Source: Bugula neritina
Taxonomy: Eukaryota; Animalia; Bryozoa
Direction of reading: 5' to 3'
DNA: 64,000 nucleotides
NCBI GenBank assembly: GCA_964035545.1
Contig: OZ037770.1
Span: 4,744,662 to 4,808,661 of the forward strand
Positions within the stretch are counted from its first letter, which is position 1; each line of letters opens with the position of its first letter. The notes under the pieces are model-generated. The model saw only the letters and a program-made list of their open reading frames with translations. It searched no databases and had not been told where the DNA came from. Positions 1-13,000 of the stretch are shown one piece after another. Position numbers and translations under genes: made by a program.

Positions 1-56
1 AAATTTCTTTTTTACTCATCACGGTGCAAGTTTGAATGCGTTTGTTTTTCTTGCAG

Positions 57-307
57 CAAACATTGATGTGAATCCAGACAGATCAGGTCTTGCAGCAGCT
101 CAAGAAGAAGAAACTGAAGCTGTCTCTTCTACACATTCTGAAGCTGATGGTGATATTGTATATCCTGAAACACCCATTGTAATGAGACCCATCAGACCTG
201 TCTCACCACCAGAATATAGAGTAGAAGAACACATGACAAGACTGGATATTGATAATCTTCTTGTTCTGAAGAGTAACGTCTGCTGTAAGTATAATAAGAG
301 ACAATGA
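57..307 (+). CDS. Probable terminal coding exon of an unidentified gene that starts upstream of the window
   Basis: Pyrimidine-rich acceptor ttttcttgcag ending at 56. Open frame ...NIDVNPDRSGLAAAQEEETE...CCKYNKRQ* to TGA at 307. Followed by a long AT-rich UTR-like region with AATAAA at 1700-1705. No recognisable domain. Confidence 0.45.
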
Positions 308-1959
308 TAGGCTGATATTTCTAAACTGTTGTACTTTGTCACCTATCTAAAAATTGTTCTTTGCCGTTTTCTTGCGTTACTTCCACATTTTTAATCTTGT
401 TGATTTGATAAGCTTCTAAACTGAGGTGACTAAAATGTTTTCTAGAACTTTGAAATTTAAATTGTGTTACACTTTAGCTTAAAACATCTTATACTTTGTC
501 TGACTAGACCATGATTTTGGCTGCATTTAAAATTATTATAGCATCAAAAAGACATCCTGAGTATGGATCTCCCATGATTAGAGTCCTAGTATCTTCAATC
601 TACAAACATGCCTGTCACCGTGATCTCTACACCATCTTTCAGCAGGCAAGTTAAAAGCTCAAAAGTTTTTTTGCTGTTTTAACTTTTACGCCAGAAACTA
701 TTTCTCATCGTGGCACCTCTTTCATCTCCATGTTCAAACCATTATGTCATTTGAAAGAAACAATTTAAGTTGTTCTGAGTACGAGAGAAAGTCATTCAGT
801 GCTTTACTCGTTTGAATCGTAACTAGTCCCCTTTATCAAATGACATTACTGTAGTGGACAACTCCAAAAGTTTTACTACTCAGAATTGTTAAAGTAGGAT
901 GCAATATTCTAACAGCTCAGAGTTGTACCTTATTACTTATGATAGTGAATTTATGAACAGTCTTACTAGTCATTACTTACTCTACAGGTACAGACTAAAT
1001 TAGTGAAGAAACTGTATGCAGATAAAGATTCAGAGAAAAGCAGAAATTTGATTGTAATCTGGAATACTTTTCCTCCCCGTAAAAGACTTCACCTGTTTCC
1101 AGGCTTTGATGGATTTGGTGAAGAGGCCAAATCTTAACTCAATACATGACTCTATTTGTAATTTGCACAACACTCAGTTTAAGTTTGACTAAAATCCCGT
1201 AACCATTGAACCTAAACAGATAGTGAGTTTGTGCAAATGGGTGATGTTTACTCAACAGTCAAATTATCTATCAACGATTTTTAACTTTTGTATCTTATTT
1301 TGAGTATAGAGCTATATACTGATAACATTTACTTCTGTAGATTAGCTTGTGATGTCATCTCATATTGAATAATCATATTATATGGTATGCTGTCCTGTCA
1401 GATTACATGTATTATATAATCAGTTCACTTGTGAATTTGTATGTTTTGCCTATATAGATTACTATGTTATAGTATTTAGTATAATATGGTTGCAGTTGAT
1501 TTTATGTCCTGTAAAACATTAACCATTCCCGCTTATATGGTTTTTACTTAGCCAAATTTTTGTTTTGTTTATATTTTGATGTGACACTAAGCACTGACTA
1601 TGTTGTTTCATCCACATGTTCTAATGCCTATGCTAACATTATTATCATAATTGCAGTAGCTTGCTAGTATATATCGAAGTTTGCTTTTTATATTTTATCA
1701 ATAAATTTATTCAAATATTTTATGTGAAAATTGTTTGCTGATATGATTTCAAGGTCTGAATATTTTACTTCAATAATCTGTGACTAAAGAAACGAGTCCA
1801 TTATCTACAAATAATAGTTATGAAATCAGTCATTTTCTTATCTGCATCTGCAACCAATCAATTCTCAAATGAGCTAATGAAATGATGACATTATTCTTTA
1901 TTTAATGCTATTCAGACATTATGTGCAGATGGGGCTCATTAGTCTGTGAAGACAGCTCA

Positions 1960-2957
1960 TTTAGGAGAAGAAACATTCTGATCTCAAACCTCTGCTGCCT
2001 TGCAGCAATGCCTAATCAAGGTAAAAGGCTTGAGGAGTAAACCCCTGGGATAAATCAGGTGCTGGAGCCCAAAGGCATTTCCTGGTTATTTATAACCTCG
2101 ACCTGGCAGCTTCTATGGTGATCCTGGTGCTGAGCCGTAACAGCCCTGCTGTTCTTTTGGATACGCCAGCGACGTAGAGAGTTGGAACATGCTACATGAA
2201 CAACAGCCTGTACTTCATATAATCAATACCCAGGTAAACACCCGCACACCATCTCCCTGTAGAGAACACTCCATCTTTGCCTTTTGTGTAGACACAACAC
2301 TGGGAGCAGGAGATACTGGTTATAAGATGTCTCTCAATTGGTGTAGAGCAAAGCGCCGGGGGGGGGGGGGGGTTTCAACAGTAGGAGAGGCTTTTATATC
2401 TCACTGGAAAGTACTGCTGACTATAAGCTGGCCAGCCCCAAGCCATTTAGGTGCTGTTCTGCTACAGTCTGCCTTTCTTATTGTGTGCAGGGGAAATAGG
2501 GGACAGCCAAACAGCAGCCCGCAATTTTTGTACCAGGCAACAAAAAACTGAAACTAAGAGAACAGCTTCTAAATTGGGATGTTTGGAACATCCGTACTTT
2601 GCTCAACGATTTATTCACCAATTTACAGGACATCATAGGGACACCTGAAAAACTACCATTATAATCGGCGAACTCAAAAGAGTAAGCGTCGACATTAATA
2701 CTACCCTTCAAGAAACCTGGTTAGGTGGTTGTGGCACTCTAAAAGAAAAGTACTATACATTTTACTGGCAGAAAAGGAGTTCTAATCAGCTAAGAGTAGA
2801 CGCAGTTGGCTTTGCATTGAGGAACAGGCTCTTGAGTATGGTAGAACCATGTAGTAACAGCTTAGAGCAACTCTTGACACTTCATTTCGACACCACCAGT
2901 GGCCCTGTCAACCTTGTCACTGTCTATGCTCCGACACTATCCGCCACACAGGACGCC
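1960..2957 (+). mobile_element. Decayed RTE-clade LINE: 5' UTR plus N-terminal part of the APE endonuclease, 3'-truncated
   Basis: Frameshifted translation from ~2570 gives KLGC-WNIRTL...LQETWLGGCGTLKEKYYTFYWQ...VGFALRNRLLSMV...GPVNLVTVYAPTLSATQDA, typical of RTE endonucleases. The upstream ggagaag...ctgatctcaaacctctgctgccttg resembles RTE 5' UTRs. Confidence 0.75.
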
Positions 2958-3846
2958 ATATATATTTATATATCAACTAACTAGTCTACACTCTGTAGAT
3001 ATAAAACTGAATGAACATGTTATTGAGAATAATATTATTATAAGGTGCATCTTCAGTCAACACTTTCTGTTTAAAATATTATAATGCTCCTCACTAACAC
3101 AGACTGAGATGCATGATCGAATATAACTATTTAATAAACATTAAATATTTCTTTGAAGAATAAAATCTCTAGGTGGTATAAATTAACAAATTGTTAAATC
3201 CCTTAAGATATTCTGCAGTTATAAGTAACTGTTATTACATTAGCCTTGACGGCAGAGCCGACAGCTAAACTTAATTCTATTTCCTGTATTTTCTTAATTA
3301 TATTATTCCCTGTATTGTTCATCTAGAACAGGCACATATGACTCGCTACGAGACTGTATTTAAAGTAGACAAGTGACCCCATGTCAATTGATATACAACT
3401 TACACCATCTTTAAACTCAATATACACTTATCTAGATATAAGAATGTGTGATGAACAAACCGATGTGACAATTATTGCCAGATATGAATCAAAACCAAAT
3501 AGTGTATCTCTCCAGCTCTGTCAGTTTACCTTGTCTTCATGTTTGTAGTGATTAGCTAAAGCATCACTCCCAATATAACCTCTCTATTTATAAAATACTA
3601 ATTGACTCAATTTAAGATCGATGACATGATAAAAAATATACATAAAATGCAACTTTCTTGCAAAAATGCAAATAGTTTATGTAAACAACCAATTGATTTT
3701 ATTCATATATAAAAAGTATGTATATATAGATCTATATACTTCATATACCTTCACAAATGACAATTAACTCCACTGTGAGCACAATAACATAATATGAAGG
3801 TGGTCATACAATAATACGGTATTCTAAAAAAACATTCTAAATTTTT

Positions 3847-4010
3847 TCACCCTATAATCCTGTATTTTAATTCAGAGTTGAGGAGTTGTCTTTCTTGTCT
3901 AGAGTTGGCTATCAGAGAGGAATTTTCATGAGATCGTCTAGACAGATATGGCAAAGACTCGCTGATTGTACCAACAGCCACTGATTTATACACAGGATAT
4001 CCTTTTTGAC
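3847..4010 (-). CDS. PRODH2: PRODH-like exon 9 (terminal)
   Basis: GQKGYPVYKSVAVGTISESLPYLSRRSHENSSLIANSRQERQLLNSELKYRIIG*; minus-strand AATAAA at 3703-3698. Confidence 0.92.
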
Positions 4011-7000
4011 CTAAATACAGCAGGAAACTGAAAATAAGTATTTATTAAAGAATTTCTTTTATAACTCGATGGAAGTTTTCTTCTTTTTAAAAAATACTTT
4101 TCTTGAAATAGGTATATATAGTTGGCTGAGTATTATAGATTTAGATAGCTGTTAAGAGTTATCATCTACAGATGAAGGTATATTTAAACTGGTCAAGTTC
4201 CGTTGGGTTTTGAATTTTTACTCAGTTTTAAACAGTGTGACTTTGAATTATATTGATTCTCATCTGGACTGAAGTGTTTAGAGTTGATTTTTAACTTAAC
4301 AAAACTTCCAGGTTTATAGCCGCTAACCCTGCAACAGCCTCAGATAGAAGAGGTGAACTACAATTGTCTCTTTATTGTTGTAAAAGAAAAATATGACTGA
4401 ATTCTCTTCTTCAAATCACCAGTGGCTTTTCTATAGAACGAAACCGTTGCCTTTGTGTTTGCTAAGCCTTTGCTCTAACCACTAAATCATGCTGCTTCAA
4501 TGCTTTAATTTATTACTGAATCAGATGTTTCAACTCTCATTTTCTGATTACTTCCTACCAGATCTACCAGTAACAGGGCGTGCTTATTGGTAACTCAGTA
4601 ATCAACACAGTAACTCGGACATTAAAGCTGGCAATAGTTACACTTACCTAGAGTATATGTTATGTGGTCACACATCCCATAAACCTGAGCAAGTATCACT
4701 TTCCTGTCTTCACTTGAAATACCATAACTTCTCATTCTACATGAGAATAATAATACTAGCTAACTTGAGTTTATATATTATATTATGTGTGCACGCGTAT
4801 ATAATGGATATGCACATTGCATCAGAAGAAGGTGGATTATGCAAATAGTCGTTAGTAATAAAACATTTGATCAGTTTCCACCACAGCATGACCAGCTACA
4901 ATTAAACTCGTAAAACTATATCTACCTTTCTACAGCCTGTTTGATGGAATTTTGGTTATGAGAAGCGAGAACAAATCTGATTTGTCTCCCCTGGTTGCTG
5001 TTATCACGAATCTTCTGCAGTAGCCAGTTGGCTGTAGAGTTGTATGAGTTATGTGTAGCCTGTATTCCATCGTGTATAGGACGAGGATGACCTTGACTTT
5101 TAGCTTCATTTTCCTCAGCTACCATGTACGCCCCCCTTACCAACTTAGCTGAAATATCAAACACACAGTTTTTAGAACCTAAGCCTTCTGTTATATAAAC
5201 AGCATAAAATTAAATAATTCGACATAATATATGTGTGAATCAGTCAAAAGGAAGTAAATATGAACATTCCCAAGTAATTACACAAATATAATATTGAACT
5301 ATACTCATCTGTTGATAAAAGTTTTAAATTAGCTGCATTTTGTCACAGTTTATATTAAGAACAATCTCATTCTAATATAAGTTAAGTGTTTTGTTTTTTT
5401 ACAAGAGCCCACTATTGTAGAATCATTAGAGCACAATTGGATGCGTCAATAATTTTTAAAATGCATTTTGAGTTATGCCAATCAGCTGAATAAAGGACAT
5501 CGGAAGGTCACATGGATCCACAAAATAGAGTATAAACTGTAATAGATTATCTCAAATCAATCTTTAATCTAATATACAATAGGTTTGTGATTGTGAAGAA
5601 GAATTTCCTCTCAATTATTTATGTGTTTGCTAGTTCAACCTATTGGGAATTTAAATTATTATTTATATACTTGAGAGTTTCTCTCTTAAATTTTGGTGAA
5701 GGCCAGAATATAGACAACTCTGTATGCTAATCAGGTAATCAACTGGAAAACTGACTAAAGTTGCGTTTATACCTCTGCTGAAAAAAGTACCGAGTTTAAG
5801 TTAATAATGCTTTTCCAGGTACCCCTTTATAGTCCAACTGAAACTCGTCGAAATCATATTGATGCGGTTGCTCACTTTCTGAAATTGAAATTTGACTCGC
5901 ATAATAGCTATTTGATGCCCTTTGTAAACGTCATGAATTAGTGAAGTGGAAAGCATAAAAGTGATAATTGAGAAGGCGTAGGCTATATAATTATAACCGT
6001 ATAAGTAAGTTGTCTAATCGCCAAAGTAATAACTAAATAACTGTTTTATGTTGATTTGTGATATTATTTCAGCTATCGTGAAAAAGAGAGAACGTGCTCG
6101 ATTCAGTTGATTAACGTAAGAGGCCGAAGACGTGATTTATTACCGCAATATATATACAAGATAATACTAAAACTATTACAATAAGTGAGACAATTAATTT
6201 ATTAAGATTATGACAAAAAATAGTAAAATAAAAAAATAACAAATTACAAATAAATGTTTACATGAACACGAAACATCTCCCACAGAATAGAAAAAAGATA
6301 TTTAGATATCATTGTTTTAGGAGGGCACATAGTCTGCCATCCAACTAGGTGGCTTCCGTTCTCTGGTTGAACGTCGTAGGTTGTCGCTATGATTGGCGCT
6401 CTCGGTGGTGTCAACCTGGGTACTACTAGCGTTTTGTTTAGGATCCTTTGGTGTCTCAGGACCCGCTGGCTCCGTGACGAGTGGTCTGATGTCTTGCCGG
6501 TTTCTCCGAAAGAGGTTGTTGTTAAGTTGTACGGCATAGGCTCTGCTACTCAATTGTCTGTTAATTTGTGCCTCCTGCCGTTTTCTCCGGTGCTGACTCC
6601 AGTCTCGAACCAAAACTGGTTGCCCTTCTTTCAGCACTGCCAAATCTCTTGCACCGTCATTGCATCTCTGCTGCAGTTTTTCATTGTGGCCCTGCTTTTC
6701 CCACCAACTTTGGTTGTTCTCTGTTTCTGGCCGAACTTGTGGTAGTACTGACCTGGTGGGCCCTCCAATAAGTTGCTGAATTGGGCTGGCCGTAAGGCCT
6801 TCTTTGGTGGTGTTGAGATGTTCCAGTAATGCAAGTTCGGGCTCTTCACATCTGCAGAGTATACGTTTGGCTATCTTCACAGCAGACTCTGCCTTCCCAT
6901 TAGACTGAGGATGATATGGAGAGCTGGTAGTGTGTGTGAAATTCCATGATTGGCTGAAAGTAGAAAACTGGTGCGAAGTAAACTGTGGTCCGTTGTCAGT

Positions 7001-10000
7001 GTGAACCTGTCTGGGTATTCCCAGGCGTCTAAAACAGCGCTTTATAGAGTTGATAACAGTCTCTGCTGTTTGGTTGTCCAGTCGGTCATATTCAAGGTAG
7101 TCAGTCGTATAGTCAACAATAGTAATGTAGTGAGTGTGATTGTATTCAAACAAGTCAATTCCTACTTTGGTCCAGAGTTGTTGGGGAACTGTGTGGAGTA
7201 AAAGTGTTTCCTTCTGTTGCCGGGGAGCATCCAGTTGACATTGTCGACAGTTAGCAATATTGTTTTTAATGTCATTGGTGATGCCAAGCCAAAACACTGT
7301 GTGGCGGGCACGTCTTAGTGTGGAGTTAATCCCATTATGGCCAGTGTGAAGTAGTTGGAGAAACTTTCTCTGGAGTGTCTTTGGAATAAGGGCTCTTAGT
7401 CCTTTGTAAACAATGCCATTGTCAACAGATAGTTCGTCTTGAAAGTGTTTGTACTTGTCATGAGTTGTGCAGTTGGCAATGTTCCAGTCATGTTTATTAA
7501 GGTTTGTCAGTGTCATAAGTTCATTGTCCTGTGCCGTAGCAGTCCTAATGTTGTCAATTAAGTCGTCACAAACAGGAGCGTCATTATTTCGAGAGTCAAT
7601 GTGAAAAATGTGTTCTGGTAGTTGTTGATAGTTGGGAGAGTCAAAGTATGAGTCTCTTGAGAGTAAGTCAGCCGTGATCTGTTCAGCACCCTCTTGCCAA
7701 GTTACCTTAATGTTGGGGTATCTTTGTAAGTGAAGAAGCATAGCCTGCAACCTCCGAGATGCCTTATGAATAGATTTCCTGAAAACAGATACAAGGGGTT
7801 TGTGGTCAGTTTGGATAGTGACAGCATGGTGACCAAAGATATACTGGTCAAAGCGTTCAGTGCCAAACACTATGGCAAGGCACTCAAGCTTTAGTGGTAC
7901 ATAGTTCTGTTCCGATTTTGTTAAACTGCGAGATGCATATGCTACAGGCTTGCCTCCTTGCATGAGTGTTGCACCCACACCAGCATTTGAAGCTTCAGTT
8001 TGTAAAGTTACTGGCTTGTTGCAGTCAAAGTATTGTAGAGTTTCCGAGTCAGTTAGTAAGGTCTTCAGTCTATTAAAAGCGTTCATTTGGTCGTCAGTCC
8101 AGTGAAATTCTTGAGCATTGTTTTGTGTCAGTAAACGTCGTAATGGTTCAGATTCCGATGCTAGGTTGCTAATAAATTTTGACATGTATGTGATGTGACC
8201 AAGGAACCGTTTTACTCCCTGTGAAGATGAGGGAGGTTTCATCTTAAGAATGGCTTTTACTTTGTTAGGATTTGGTTTAAGTCCATTAGTTGTCAGTATG
8301 TGTCCAATGTAAGGTAATTCGTCCTGAAGGAAGCGGGATTTTTCCTTGTTCAGTCTCAGTCCTGTCTGTCGAGCACGTTTGAAAAGCGCTTCAAGGTTTC
8401 TATTATGCTCTTTCCTTGTGCTTCCGAAAATTAGGATGTCATCTGCAACTATGGTGATGCCATCAAGACCAGCAAGATTTTCCGTGAGCCTTCTCTGAAA
8501 CTCCTCCGGCGCTGATGCAATTCCGAAGGGTAGCCTTAGGTACTTGTACTTCCCTATGGGAGTCCAGAAAGTTGTCAAGTTTGTAGATTCTTCAGCTAGG
8601 GGAATTTGATAGAAACCTTCTTTGGCGTCACACAAGGAGAAAAACTTGGCACCGTTGAGTTGTGGCAAAACATCTTCCAATGTTGGCATGACAGCGTGGT
8701 TTCGTTTAATTGCTTGATTGAGATTTTGCGGATCTATGCAGATGCGTATCTTTCCATTAGGCTTGCGTACTGGTTGTAGATGGCTTATCCAGTCTGTAGG
8801 TGCTTCTACCTTAGTGATAATTTGGCGTTGTTCTAGTTCAAGAATAGTCTTGATGAGATCTGATTTCATCGACAAGGGCACCTTCCGCGGTCGGACTTGC
8901 ACTGGTACAGCTTCAGGTCTTAGCTCTATCCTATATTCCTGTTCAAACTTTCCAAGTCCAGTAAATATGTCATCAAAGTCAGTCAGTAAAGTCTGAAGGT
9001 CTGGGTCAGTAGTGACAAAGTTTACATTCTCGCTTTTGGTGCTGAGCATTTGTAATAAATCCAGGTGCAAACATGATTTCCATGACAGCAAGCTATGTTG
9101 GGTGGTTTCCACAACTAGGAATTTTTCATGTAGTGTAACATCCTTGCTTGTTTAGTATCTGTATCAGTGTCCACCCTAGTGGTGCACACTTGCTTTGGTC
9201 ATATAAAGTTAGTACAGTATCAGTCGGTGTAAGTTTCGGTCTACCTAGCTTGTCGTAGTCAACCGTATTCAAAGTATTGCATGATGCACCAGTGTCAAGT
9301 TGGAATTCAATGTCATAAATAGTATCTGCTTGCTTAGCAGTGAGCATCGCTAATAATTTACGATCTCCTACTGTAGTGGAGATAGTACTTACATGTTGAG
9401 AGTCACTGTCTGAAGAGTAATTCCAGGTGACTTGATTGGCTGTTTCGGTTGAGTCGCGATAATGATGCATGCGTGACCTGCAGTATGCAGCAAAGTGGTT
9501 AAATTTCTTGCAATGATTGCACTGTTTCCCATATGCTGGGCATGCTCGAGGTGGGTGATTGCCTCCACAGTTTCCACACCTAGAAGCACCAACTGATCTT
9601 CTGACGTTGGGCTGAGAGTGAGTGTGTGAAAGTTGTCCTCTGTGTTTATCAGTGTTACGAGTGTCATTAGAGTGATATTGATGAGTCGAAGGTCTATGTT
9701 TTACCAAGTTCACTTGTTCAAGTCCATATGTGTTATCCTTAGTCATAGTCTTGTAGTCAATAGCCGATGCTTCTTCTCGTCTGCAGAGTTCAATTGCTTT
9801 GTCAAAGTCAGTCAAGTCAAACAGTTTCTTTCTAATCTTATCACTTTCAATTCCCAGTATCAGTGCTTGTAGTATCAGTCGATTGTACATGTCTTTTAAG
9901 TCACATAGTCCTGCAATGGTATGTAGTTCAGTCAAAAATTCGTCAATAGTTCTATTCTCTTGCTTACAAGTCAGTAGTGAGTGAGTCTTAGCCACTAAGT

Positions 10001-13000
10001 TTATTCTTGGTTTGCAGTAGTCATCAAACTGCGTCACAACTTTGTCATAGTCAGTTTTGTCATTGTTGTCAGTCCAGTTGAAAGAGTCGTATATTTGGTT
10101 GCCTCGGCGACCGATAGTTCTAAGTAGGTATGCAGTTTTCACTTTGCCTTCGGCTGTATCTTTCGATGTGGCAGTTAAAAAAAGTTCAAAATCACGTTTA
10201 AAAATCTTTCATTCCTCAGGTAAATTCGGTCCATCTGCTAATGGTTTCGGCGCTAGTAATTGCTCCATGTTGTTTCAGTGTAATATTAATAATAATTGGA
10301 CTCGGGGCACCATGTTTTATGTCAATTTGTGATATTATTTCAGCTATCGTAAAAAAGAGAGAACGTGCTCGAGTTAGTTGATTAACGTAAGAGGCCGAAG
10401 CCGTGAATTATTACCGCAATATATATACAAGATAATACTAAAACTATTACAATAAGTGAGACAATTAATTATTAAGATTATGACAAAAAATAGTAAAATA
10501 ATAAAATAACAAATTACAAATAAATGTTTACATGAACGCCGAACAATAACGATGTCTACGAGAAGTTATTACTCCTATTCTAAAGTTGGGCGATTAAGTT
10601 ATCACAGTGCAAAAATTTCAACGAGTGGCTTTTACAATGCAATGCAACTTGGAGAAATTTCAACCCGGCCAAATTGAATTTTTGACCGAAAATCGTGAAG
10701 GTATAAAGGCAACTTGACTCACCCCCATAGTGAAGGTTATTCTTCTCGGCAAAATTGAATTCCCACTGCAAGGCCTCAAATGACTTCTACAATGTGCAAG
10801 AAACAACCAACATAGTGTGCACACATGAAGACATCTTTGTATAAGAATAGGTTATACAACTACCAAAAATATATTTACATGGAGAAACAAAAACACTTCT
10901 TGTGCACGTCTTGAGAACCAATTTGGATCAAGTTTCAATGCTTAAAAGAAAGAATAATGAAAGAAAGACAACTTTTTTTTAAGTCTAACCTTGAGGTAAC
11001 ATTGTGTTGTATTCCAAACAACAGCCTTGGACCTATTACACACTAGACTGAGACCCATGGCCAAAGCTGTGAGAGCCGGGTTCGTGTTGGTATACTCAGC
11101 GTCCACCATCAACACGGTATCCGTGACAACCGCTTTTTGTCCCACTTCCCCGAGCAGAATCAGCCCCGACAGCAACTCTGGAACAGTGCCGGAAGCCCCA
11201 GGTGTCTCTGCTAGCCACCTTAGGGTGTCTACAGGTGCAGCATAAGTGCTGTATAATGCAGTGGAAGTAATTATGAATTTCAGACCAAAATTTTAGTTGA
11301 TATTTGAATTATTTAAAAGGAGTCAACACAGACTTATATAACAAAACACACTCAAGTTTAAAGTCCGTATCCTAGATGGACGAGATATTTTAAAAGCTGG
11401 CTAAAAACCTAAATTATCATGTAGCACAATGGTAAATCACACATGACCTTTACTGGGAATTGACCCCATCACCTTGGTGTTACTATGTCAGCAATCTAAC
11501 CCCTAAAACACTGCTGCTTCCTAACATATTTATAGGATAAGCAAAAGGTATAATAATATGCAGATTTGGTGAAGATCAAATTTTTTGCACACTGAGGTCT
11601 TTGAGCTTCACAATTGGCACGTTGAATCTGCACTCCAAACCAAAACACATGATTACAATATAGGAACTTAAGCTATATCTCATACAATCCATAGATCTAA
11701 ACGACTTATCACTTACACAGATTACAGACTATCACTGCTTCTCACTGCTACAGGACTATCAGGACTATCAAGAGAAAAGATTTAATGTGAACCAGTTACA
11801 ACTGGTTTCAACCAAAACATTGGGATATGTAAATTCTTTTTCAATGATGGCTGTCACTGAGACATGACAAGATGACAGCCTATGATAAGCTGACTGACAG
11901 CACAATACCAGGGAGACTGAAAAACTCATTTGTTGTGAATTATGACATTTATTTTGTAACGAACCTTAAATCTGCCAGCCTACACTGCAAATGCTCTTAT
12001 ATAATTGAGAGCTCCTCCCCCCTCCCCCTACACTATGCCTTTTGTATAACCCCCTTTTCCCCTTCCCACACCACTTACACTCACTGCATGTCCATCATTG
12101 CATTATGTGAATGAATTGTTCATTTGGTCAACATGCAGAAACAACTACTTTGAATGAAACCACAACCAGAAGTTATTACAAACTACAAGCACAATTTAAT
12201 CTGTTACCATAATGGCAGCCAAGCTTTATGATGTAGAATGTTCTAGAAATATAATGAATAAACTATGGGGGTTGTGTAAATACACAATGGCGTTGTTTCC
12301 ATGACAACAAAGTCCATCTACATTCACACTAAACATTATATTATGTGTAAACCCATGTAGTTCTTAATTCATTGTTTTTTTCAAGTTCTCAAATAGAATT
12401 CACACTTTCTATAAAGTGTATAAGTGATGCATATTTACAGTTGAAATTGAAATTTATGATTTCTAGTTCAAAGTTTGGGTGCAGAGCGAAATTAGGTTAT
12501 AGTAATATAGGTAAAACCAAAATATATAAAAATAACTACAGCTTAAAAACGAATAAAAAACCCCTTATTAGCCTGACAGACTAGAAGAGATAGCTGATGT
12601 CATACCAGGGTTGTGGGTGCGCATGTACTCAGCTGAACTATAAATAACTTTTTCTCTCACTTCATCAGACAGTAGGGACAGTGACTTCTTGTCAAATATA
12701 GAATAGTATATGTATTATGAGTATATCGAGCTATATTTCTTCATGTATATCAACATGTCCTAAATTATAATTAAACAATATAATTACATGCATAGATCTT
12801 CTATTTATAGCAATATTGTTTTACATTATAATTGTTCTAAAAAATATTATAGTTTCTAAGTCTTACATTTTTCTACAATTGACAACAAAACAGATTTAAT
12901 GCTTTTATAAACATAACATATATATTTTTCTTAGGATAAATCTAAATGCCAAGTTTTACTAATTAAAATACTGAAACCAGAACTCGTAGCTGAAACAACA

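Noticed and set aside
5149-5187. Longer 5' boundary for PRODH exon 7 (GLGSKNCVFDIS)
   Set aside because: The acceptor at 5149 restores the conserved G-A-KLVRGAY with exon 6; the longer form would insert 13 residues into the motif.
9112-9150. Programmed frameshift in element 1
   Set aside because: It falls inside the protease C-terminal half, has no slippery heptamer, and the element has other lesions; most likely a decay indel in a single-ORF element.
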